Below are positions 50,814-60,039 of a stretch of 60,039 bases of DNA, one piece after another (the stretch's first letter is position 1; each line of letters starts with the position of its first letter). The notes under the pieces are model-generated. The model was not told the origin of the DNA, ran no database searches, and saw only the letters and a list, made by a program, of their open reading frames with translations. The DNA lies in assembly GCA_016618085.1 (NCBI GenBank), contig JABLTG010000037.1:62001-122039 (forward strand). Reading direction: 5' to 3'. The translations under genes and the position numbers were made by a program. Source of the DNA: Neovahlkampfia damariscottae. Lineage: Eukaryota.

Positions 50814-53566
50814 TTAGAATGATATTATTTTATATGCAATTTTTGATCTTTTTTTAATATTCTTTTCCATTTCATTTTCATTCAAAGTTTCATCTTCATT
50901 TAATTTTATTTTTAATAAATCAAATAAAAATGATCTTCTTGATTCTTTATCCATAAATTGAAATAGAAATAATTTTAAATCTTCTTTTAATTCATCAACA
51001 TGTTCTAATTTTGAAATTCTAATAAAACATTTTGAAAAATCTTCACTTAAAAATAAATTCATAAATAATATTCTAAAAAATAGAATTTCATTTTTTGTTA
51101 AATTTTCAAAATTTAATATTTTTAAAATGGATAATGAAATGATATTCTTTAAAATTAAATTTGAATATAATAAACTTAAATTTATAATTTTTTGAATTTT
51201 AAATGAATCAAATTTTTTTAAATAATCATAAAATACGTATTGAAATGTTCTAATAATTTGTTTATCCACTGTGCAAATCTAAAAATAGTATTAAATTAAC
51301 CAATCATATTTTTTTTACCTTTTCAGATAAATATAAATAATATGGATTGAATTTCTTTTCTTGAAGACAACAATGTAATATTAATGTAATTATTTCTTTA
51401 TCATTTTTAATTAAATCAATTTTAGCTAATTTTGAAAATGCATCTAAATAATCTTCTGATGACATTAAAATAAAAAATATAGATTTCTTTAAATCACCAA
51501 CAATCTTTTGTTTTTTTGCAATCAATTCTAATTTCTCTAAAAGAATAGATTCTGTTGTTGAAATATTTAACTTTTCATCTTGTTTATTTAATTTTTGATT
51601 TGATTGGTTAATATTTCTTCCTTCCCAAGCTGAACCAACTAACCACCATCTTCCTTTTTCATTTGCATTTAATAAATCTGAATAAGAAATTTTCAAAATA
51701 TTCTTATTTGATTTTTTATATTTTAAAGATGATTGTTTTAAAAATTTAACATGATCTCTAAATTTTTCAGTATCTTCATTTTTGACTTTATTATTCTTTA
51801 AATCATTAATTAAATCAATAAACACTAAATCTCTTTTTGATAAATTTTCATTCTTAATTTGTTCATTCAATTTATTTATAATTTCTTTTAATGAAATTGG
51901 ATTTTCAGTCCTTAATTTAAATCCACTTGTTTTCATTAATTTAAATAATAATTCAATATTATTTGAAATATCAGATGATATTAATATTTCAATTATATCA
52001 TAAATGATTTCATTGGATATCATCTAATTATTAATTAACCAATTAAAACTTACTTCAAAATTAAATAAATAACAAATGAATAAAATTAAATTATTTGATT
52101 TGGATTTTTCTTTTAATCTTATATTTTCAAAATGAATAATTGTTTTTTCAAGAAAATATGATCCAAAATCATTTCCACAAATTAAATTTAAACCTGTAAT
52201 TAAAGCAGAATAAACTAAAATAAATTCAGTCTTCAAATTGATTGAATCACAAATTGAACTTAAAATTGATTCTGAAAATATTTCATTAAAATCATTTTTG
52301 ATTGATGTTTCATAAATTTCAATTATATCTTTGAAAAGTGAATTCAAATTATCTGCTGTCAATTTATTTAAGAATCTTTTAATTTGTTTTTTTAAAAGAA
52401 TATAACTTTCATCTTTTTCTTGTGTTAACTTTCTTTTACTTGGTGGAATATATGTTCCTAATTTGGTAATTGAATTTTGATTGGTATTTGAAATTGGTAT
52501 TTCCACAATATCTTCTTTTGATATCTCTTCTTCATTATCACTTTCTGATAATTCTTCATCATCTTCTGATATCTCTTCTTCTTCTTCTTCTTCTTCTTCT
52601 TCTTCTTCTTTTTGAATATTCTTCTTATTTACTTTTTTGTTATTAAACATACCATTAATATAACCAAATAAATCATCATTTGTCAATTCATTTGAATTAC
52701 TACCCTTCTTTTTTGATAATATTTCTCTTTTAACATCTTCTAATTCATTATCATCATATGGTTTAAATAAATCATCTAAACCATCATCTAAATCATTTTC
52801 ATCATCAAATTCATCATACATTTTATCATATTCTTCCATATATTTCTCTTCTTCTTTCTCTTCTTTTTCTTCTTTTTTTTTTCTTCTTTTTTCTTCAAGA
52901 TATTTCTTTAAATCATCTTTTTTATTTAACTTTTCTTCTTCTTCTTCTTCTTCTTCTTGATTATCTTTTTTCTTCTTTTTAATTCCAAGTTTCTTTTCCA
53001 ACATTTTTATAATTTTTAAATCTTCGTCAACTGGATTTAATCTTTCCAACATATGTTTGTCAATATAAATTATACCTTCTGATTTATTTGTTGGTAAAAT
53101 ATCATCTTCAATATCAGAGTCACTTTGTTGATTTGTATCTTCTTCTTCTTCTGAAGATGATGTTTCAAAATTTTGAATTTCTTCTGATATCTCTTCTTCT
53201 TCTTTTGGTTTTTTTTCAACTACTTTGATTTCTTTCATACTTTTCTGTTTTAATGGTTGATGTATTTTCTTTTGTTTTTTTGTTTGACTTGTCTTTATTT
53301 CTTCAACTTCAGCCTTTATAAAAAATGAATAAGATATTTCAATTTACAATTCCCCTTTTTCTATTATAATTATTTAATTTATTCAACTTTTTTTGGTTTT
53401 TCTTTTCTTTTCTGGCTTCTCTTCCTCCTTTTTTTTGATTTGAAAGTGTGAAAGATCTCTCGAATCCAGAATTTAAATCTTGATGAATTTCTTGACTTAA
53501 TGATGCAATCATTTGTCTTTGATTCATTGGTTTTTCATCCTTTTTGTTGTTCTTGTTTCTGCCCAT
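50814..53566 (-). CDS. NOM1: Nucleolar MIF4G/MA3 protein NOM1/Sgd1
   Basis: YIPPSKR, LNKLT, KGRWWLVGSAW, IFFILMSSEDYLDAF, CCLQEK. Confidence 0.92.
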
Positions 53567-53713
53567 TTCAATAAAAAAAAATTAAACCAATAAAAATATG
53601 GAATTGTTGCAAATAAAAAAGTAGAATGGAATTGAAATTTTTGAACATTTTCTGTCTAAAAATTTGATAATATGAATAAATTGAAGTTTTTCTTTTTTTT
53701 TAACCAATCAAAC

Positions 53714-54215
53714 ATGTTCACAAATTTTCGTAAAACGGTTTGTAAAGAAGTACTGAAGTCTGAATTTCATACATCTTCTTTCTTGTTAAAAAAGCCTCGA
53801 AACCCAGAAAGGTCATCAAAGAATCCTCAAATTATTCACAATACTTTTCACATTGACAGAAATATAAGTTACGGAAATAGTGCTTTCTTTGTTGGAACTG
53901 TAGTATCAACAAAAATGCAAAAAACAGCCGTTTTACTTGTTGATAGATTCTCTTTTCATCAAAAATATAAAATTGTTATTCGTAAAACAAAGAAATTATT
54001 GTTTGGAGTTTGTATTTTTTTAACACCTTTTTAGTTTCCATGATGAAGGTGAACAATGTGATGTTGGTGATATTGTTCAAGTTAGAAATGCAAATAGAAA
54101 ATTAAGCAAAAAAAAAAGATTCTTTTTCGACAAAATTGTTAAAAAGAATCCAGTTTTGGAATATATGAAAAATGATCCAGAAAGTGATCAAGTTCAAATT
54201 GGAAGTGAATATTAA
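53714..54215 (+). CDS. MRPS17: Mitochondrial ribosomal protein uS17m
   Basis: GTVVSTKMQKT, H.KY, HDE...C.VGDIV; one intron. Confidence 0.88.
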
Positions 54216-54329
54216 AGAAATAAAAAAAATTTTGATTTTTCTTTTTTTTCTTCTTCATTTTGCCCATAAATTTATTTTTTTTATTTTTTATCATCTTCAA
54301 GTAACCCAATTATTCTTTCCAACTTAAAT

Positions 54330-54417
54330 TACATGATGAACGAATTTATGATCTTTTATTTAAGATTTTGAGATGGTTTCCGTCTATGAAAACCGATTTC
54401 AGCCTTGTCTGACTTGT
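54330..54417 (+). ncRNA. Box C/D snoRNA, predicted SSU rRNA Gm1126-equivalent guide
   Basis: C box ATGATGA 54333-54339, D box CTGA 54409-54412, guide TTTCAGCCTTG complementary to conserved SSU CAAGGCUGAAA. Confidence 0.8.
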
Positions 54418-54456
54418 TTTTTTTTAAAGAAAACATTCAAACGAAAGAAATTTTAT

Positions 54457-55560
54457 TTACAAAATTTTGGTGTTGGTTTTTGTTTGAGTATTTTCGTTAT
54501 TTAAAATGGTAGATGTATTTGAAGTGGTACTTTTAAGAACAGGTGAATTCTTCAAAGACATTGTATTAAATTTCTTCCTTAAAACACTCATCTTACTAAC
54601 ATTTGATTGTTTTGTTTCAGTTGTATTTTTTGAAGTCGAGTTTGATCCTCCAGTTGGTACATAACAAAAACAATATTCTTGAAATTGATTCATTATTCCT
54701 TTGTCAAATAAATATTTGTTTGTTTTTTCCAAGTCTTCAATTTTTTCTAAATTACAATGGAACGATAATCCAGAACTAAATACACTATTTGTCATTTTAG
54801 TCCATTTACCATCAACTAAACATGATACCTCTGGTGACTCTGATAAAGTGATCTCTACATTCAATTGACTTCTTTCAAGAATGAGATAAGCAATTTTTGT
54901 AAGGTTCATTTTGCATTTTAAGTCGTTTCCGTTGTTTCTGAAACAATCCAAAATTAAATTCTCTTCATCAAAGTTTAATCTTACAGCTGATACTGTATTA
55001 TCTAATTTTGATATTTCTTTTCCATTGAATGGTCCTGAGCGTATAATAATTTCTTTGACAAAAACCCACTCCTCAACAAGTTTCAGTTTTTCTTTACATA
55101 TTTCTTCAATAGCCTGGTATAATTTAACCATTTTTATATCTTTCTTTTTTTCTGAAATATCAATTGGAGTGTTTCCAGAGTTATTTTTTAAATACAAAGC
55201 ATGTAATATTAATTTAGCTTGTGATCGATATTCAGCGTCATTATTGAGCATCCAAAAGAGTATCTGTTTTGTAGATTCATACTTTTCAGTTTGAGATGAT
55301 ATATGTAAAGGTGAATCACCAACTTCGTCTTGTTCAAAGATTCTAGCTCCTTGACTGAGTAAAAAAGTAGAGCATAATATTCCACCTGACCAGAATGACC
55401 AAAATAAAGGTGTTCGTCCATAGTTATCTTTGGTATGAATGAGTTGTGGATATTTTTGAACAAGTAGTGTAAGGAGTTCAAATGAGTTTGAAGCAGCTGC
55501 ACTATGTAAAAAGTTACCACCTGTATTAGTTTTGTATGTTTTCATAGAATTGTTGTTCAT
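54457..55560 (-). CDS. Ankyrin-repeat protein
   Basis: GRTPLF, GDSPLH and GNTPID repeats. Confidence 0.85.
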   Translation of the reverse strand: MNNNSMKTYKTNTGGNFLHSAAASNSFELLTLLVQKYPQLIHTKDNYGRTPLFWSFWSGGILCSTFLLSQGARIFEQDEVGDSPLHISSQTEKYESTKQILFWMLNNDAEYRSQAKLILHALYLKNNSGNTPIDISEKKKDIKMVKLYQAIEEICKEKLKLVEEWVFVKEIIIRSGPFNGKEISKLDNTVSAVRLNFDEENLILDCFRNNGNDLKCKMNLTKIAYLILERSQLNVEITLSESPEVSCLVDGKWTKMTNSVFSSGLSFHCNLEKIEDLEKTNKYLFDKGIMNQFQEYCFCYVPTGGSNSTSKNTTETKQSNVSKMSVLRKKFNTMSLKNSPVLKSTTSNTSTILNNENTQTKTNTKIL

Positions 55561-55748
55561 TTTGTCGTCTCGATTCTGAAAAAAAGGGGTTGTATTTATA
55601 CTGAGAAACGAACAATGAACTGAGTGAAATAGTTAACCAATAGAAATACTTCAAATTAAAGAACTTTGGAAAAGTCCTGCCTCGATGATTGGTCATTGAT
55701 GTATTTTTAGAATGGAAGAAAATTTAATTTAATTTGAATCATATAAGT

Positions 55749-56387
55749 TTATTTTAGAGGAACATCTTTATATTCTTCAAGTTTTGTATCGATTGGATTC
55801 AACAATTTATGTAAACGATTAATTTGTTGTTTTCTTTGTTCTTTTACTTCTGGATCGGTAATCATATCAAGTTTTATCATCTGCTGGGTTAATAATTCTT
55901 CAAATTTCATTAATTGTTCTTTAAATTCTACTTTTTCCATTTCCTTCTCTTTTTCAAGCGTCTCTTTTGATTCTTTTTCAAGCGCATCTATTTTTCCTTT
56001 GATTTTGACAATCAAGTTTTCTTTTAAATTTTCTTGTTTTTTTTCTTCTTTTATTTCTAATTTATGTTTTTCAATCTCTTTTGTAGCTAATTCAAAATCT
56101 ACTTCTTGTTGTTTTTTCTTTTTTTTTTTCTTTTTTTTCTTTTGAAAATCTTTGATTGAGTCTGGTAACTCAGTAGATATTTTAATTTTATCATCTTCCT
56201 TTTGTTCTGGTAACTCATCAACCTCAAGTTCACTAAAAACATTTCCTAACTTTTTTTGAGAATGACTGACTTGTTTATCCTCTTCTGAAATTAAACTAAG
56301 TTGAGGTTTCTTATTTTCTGTTAATTTTTTTGCACCTTAAAAAATTTTAACCTTCAAATTTATTTTGTACTTACTTCTGTTTGACAT
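55749..56387 (-). CDS. BAG-domain protein
   Basis: EELLTQQMIKLD...RKQQI; one intron after MSNR. Confidence 0.78.
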
Positions 56388-56649
56388 CAAAAAATAAAAG
56401 AAAATAACGATTGGTGCAAATAGAGAAAAAAATATAAATAGAATCTTATTTCCGTTGTACAATTCCGAAAAGTTCCTAAAAATTTAAAATCATTTATATG
56501 CTTTACTCTGACAAGAACACAAAAATTTCCATAAAGTTCATGGTTTGGTTATGAAGTCGTAAAAAGTGTTGAAAACTACCAATCGTATTGTTTCAAAAAA
56601 GAAAGTATTTTTAAACAACATTATTGAACCAATATTACTTCAAAATTAT

Positions 56650-57904
56650 TTATTTTTTAGTTTCTTCTACATGTTGATCAAAACCTTATCAAATATTTTT
56701 CAATTTTCTAAATGTTCCAAACAAATAGAAATATAAGTTTTTGTAATTTCAAATGGAGTCAATTGATAAGATAAATCAAAATATTGTAATGAATTTGAAA
56801 AATCATGTAAATGATAATAACATATTCCAAGTCTATAAAAATAAACACCATTATTTCCATATAAATCAAATAACCTATGAAATGAGATGATTTTAAAAAA
56901 GAAAGTGGAGTCAAACTCTAAATAATCTTGTAATGCTTGTCTATATTTCAATTTTGAGTAATTATGATTTGCTCTTTCTAAATGAATATGAATTGCTTTA
57001 TCTAAACTTGGTGCCACTTTTAATGCTTTTTTTAAATCTTCAAAACCATCTTTCTCTTTTGAACTTTTAAAATAATATGCTCCTCTTCTAAATAAATGAT
57101 AAAATTGTTCTATTTTTGAATATAATTATCTTTTTTTACCATTTTCTAATTCAATTGCCTTTGAAAAGTAATAATCAGCTTTTTCAAAATCATTTAATTC
57201 ATTATATATTATTCCACAAGATGAATATGATAAAGCAACTCTATGTCTCTTTTGATTTCTTGATATTTTTTCTGATAATTCAATAACTCTTAAATAACAT
57301 TCTAATGCTTTTTCTAAATCCTTTAAATGATATTGAAATATATATCCTTCTGAATAATATGCACTTAAATATTCTGGATCTAATTTTTGACATAATTTAC
57401 ATGATTCAAAAGCTAAATCGAAATTATTCTTTTGACTATGACATAATGTTATTATTAAATAAACTAAAAATATGTTTGAGAAAAAAATAAATTGAAAAAA
57501 GAACCTAATGGAAAATTTGGAGATATTTCAACACATTTTTGACAATATTTCCAAACTGTATCATAATCTCCTAATGTCAGATAAACACCTGCTAAATCAT
57601 AAAATAACAAGAAATTATTAGGGTTCAATTCAAGTGAGTTTTTAAAATCGTTTAAACTAAATTCAAGATGGTCTGAATCAAAATAAACACATCCTCTTAA
57701 ATGATAGTACTTTGATGCTTCCATTTCATTTTTTGATTTTGCCAATTTCTCAGTGTAATAAGAAATTATTTCTTGTGGTCGTTCTAATGAAAATTCGTGT
57801 TCTTTTTCTTTTGGCAGAACAGTTTTACATGCAAAATATATATTCCTATTTGTTACTGTACCATCAACTCTTTTCTGCCACTCTTCATAAAAGTCTTCAT
57901 TCAT
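56650..57904 (-). CDS. TPR-repeat protein
   Basis: YYHLRG..Y, SLELNP, YRLGICY motifs; several introns. Confidence 0.8.
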
Positions 57905-57958
57905 CAAAAATTCGAAAACTTGTGTAACCAATAAAATTGAAACAATAAAATTTAAATT

Positions 57959-58772
57959 TTATTTTTTTTTATAATCTTCTTTAAATGGCATAGGATGCTC
58001 AGGATGTTGATAAGTACCAAAAACTCTATCCCAAAATGTTGTAAATTGTCCATAATCTAACAAAAAATTTTAGAAATTTCAATCAATGAATTACTCTTTC
58101 TTCTTCCTTTGTCATGATGAATAGTATGATGAGCAGCATAAAGTATAAATGGTGATGGTATAAAACTTAAATTGTCATGAATAGAAATACCCCAAACTGA
58201 TAGAAATAATGTCATAATTACATGCATTGGACTATAAACAGGGAATAAAAATGGTACAACTAACATTGGTAAAGCTTGAGCAAAAGCATCTAAAGGATGA
58301 AATGCCCAACCACAATAAGGTGTAACTACAACAAAATAAATGTTTTTAAAAAAAACTTACTTATCACGTATTCATGATGAATATAATGAAAATGTCGATA
58401 CAAAAATGGAATATCATGTTCTAGTCTATGCACCCAATAAACAAAAAATTCAGTAAAAGTGAGTGTCATAAAAAATGAGATAACAAAGTAACTTGCACTG
58501 TAGTCAGAAATATTATAATATAATTTTGACCTTGACTTTAAAGCCACTCTTATCAATGAAACTAAAATACCTTGAACTGTGACGTTCACTAAACTCCAAT
58601 AAATTTCACTCTTTGGATTGGTTCTTTTGTTGTCCAAATATTTCAAGTACTTCTCTTTGTACCATATGAACCAAACAAAATATTGAAAAGAAGCAACAAC
58701 AAAATAAATGAACAAACCTCCTAGAGTTGTCTCAGTGTATGTGTAAAGAAAATCTCGGATAAAAGTGGACAT
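57959..58772 (-). CDS. Sterol desaturase / fatty acid hydroxylase family (ERG3-like)
   Basis: His boxes HRLEH, HYIHH, HHTIHH; AFHPLD; YGQFTTFWDR. Confidence 0.88.
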
Positions 58773-58928
58773 TTCTTGATTGGTTTATTTTGCAAGATTA
58801 TTTTATCGTTTCAACAAACACAAAACTTTAAAGATACTTTGAAAATAAAAATAATAATAACCACATTATTTGTCAAAAAAAAGTAATTTGACCAATGGAA
58901 AGAGATTTATTTTTAAAACTAAAACCAC

Positions 58929-59514
58929 ATGACAGAAGAAGTGAAGTATTTGGAAAGTGATTTGTTCGGAACAAACCCAAATTCCTCTAACTTTGAAGAA
59001 ATATCTGAAAGTGATATTATTGGGTTCAATTTCAAATATGGAACTTATTTAAACAGCATTCAACCAAGTTTTTCAATTTCTAAAACTTCTAATAAACTAA
59101 GTATATGAAGGTAATACAAAAGGAAAAAACCAAGGTGGTGGTGGAACCAAAAAGATGTTCAAGTTGGGAAAAGGAGAAACTTTTTCTCGAATCAACGTTA
59201 GGAGTGGATCTTATATTCACGCTCTTCAATTTGAAACGAAATTGAATGGAAAACAAAAAACTTCTGAATGGTTTGGAGGAATTGGAGGTTCAATTAGTTC
59301 ATTTGATGTTAAAGGTCGTTTTGTTGGTATTCGTGGATCAAGTGGAACTTTTTTGCAGACACTACAATTTCTTTGCTTAGAAGATACAACAGAAAACAAG
59401 AATGGATTAATACTTGGAGAAGATTTGAAAAAAGCACTGAACTATAAATCGTTTTCTGATGTAAAAATTACGGCTAATGAATTGATGGTTATTGTGATAA
59501 AAGTGGCCAATTAG
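58929..59514 (+). CDS. Jacalin-like lectin domain protein, apparently truncated at the start of a BTB domain
   Basis: GSYIHALQF, SEWFGGIGG, FVGIRGSSG; ends shortly after FSDV. Confidence 0.65.
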
Positions 59515-59537
59515 ATTTAATTTTGCCAGTTATTTTT

Positions 59538-60039
59538 ACTTGAAGTTGTTCAAGTTGAACAAAAAAGACCTTTTGTTCAACTAGAAAATACTGAAAAAGA
59601 TCTCAAGTATTTAAAATGTCCAAACAGCTCAAATTGGATTCATTTTGGAAAGAAAAAAATGTTACTTCAACATCAACAACAGAAGTGATAAAAAAGAGAA
59701 AACTTGAAGAAACAAAAGAAACGGGAAATATGAAATCAACATATAAACAAGGAAAAGATTCTTATCCTTTTGGTGGACTAAAGAAAAAGAAGACATGCTA
59801 CAAGTGAAAAGTATACCTTCAAGTTCTTCTTCAGTTGACAAGAATATTTGTTGGACAAAAAAGTTGGTAGAACAATCTTCATTAACAAAAGGTGTTTTAT
59901 TTTCATCAAAAAATGTTCCAAAAGAAAACAAACAAGTTTCACATAAAACTGGTTTATCAAAAAAACAACTTGATACAGATGAAATTATTCGATCAAGAAA
60001 AATTCTTTTAAAACCAACAAGTGAACAAAAGAAAAAAAT
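59538..60039 (+). mobile_element. 5' part of probable Fanzor/TnpB (IS607-like) gene with upstream hairpins; frameshifted; runs off window
   Basis: ORF from 59616; the -1 frame from 59771 is open to the window end and encodes IRSRKILLKPTSEQKK; perfect 12-bp hairpin at 59553-59582. Confidence 0.6.

Noticed and set aside
1720..58360. Possible non-canonical or AT-AC introns
   Set aside because: Every intron I resolved fits GT-AG, though some donors are weak (GTTT).

Overview
This is a very AT-rich, extremely compact eukaryotic (protist) nuclear segment using the standard genetic code. It holds about 42 protein-coding genes split by tiny GT-AG introns (mostly ~28-43 nt). Intergenic spacers are often under 100 bp, and a CCAAT/ATTGG box sits just upstream of nearly every start codon. 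The style is consistent with a free-living amoeboid protist such as a heterolobosean (inference only). Recognisable housekeeping genes include CGI121, NudC, eIF1A, NDUFA9, AIF, ETFA, cyclins A and B, VPS28, two prefoldins, Pol epsilon, membrin, PPIH, RPL34, REP, RER1, FARSB, BRCA2, calnexin, eIF2D, mitochondrial L24 and S17, DBP2, VTC4, patatin-C2 and NOM1. Several items stand out. The 5' part of a probable Fanzor/TnpB RNA-guided nuclease gene, with an N-terminal PIP box and a -1 frameshift, lies at the window end. There is a PX-domain/G-alpha fusion with altered catalytic residues, and a VTC4 with an extra lumenal propeller-like domain. PPIH has a 3-nt microexon and DBP2 has a long hairpin intron. 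An intergenic C/D snoRNA matches SSU Gm1126. A TIR/TSD-bounded Harbinger-like transposon sits in a stop codon. Promoter motifs resemble ERSE, MSA and CHR elements. All gene models were spliced by eye.
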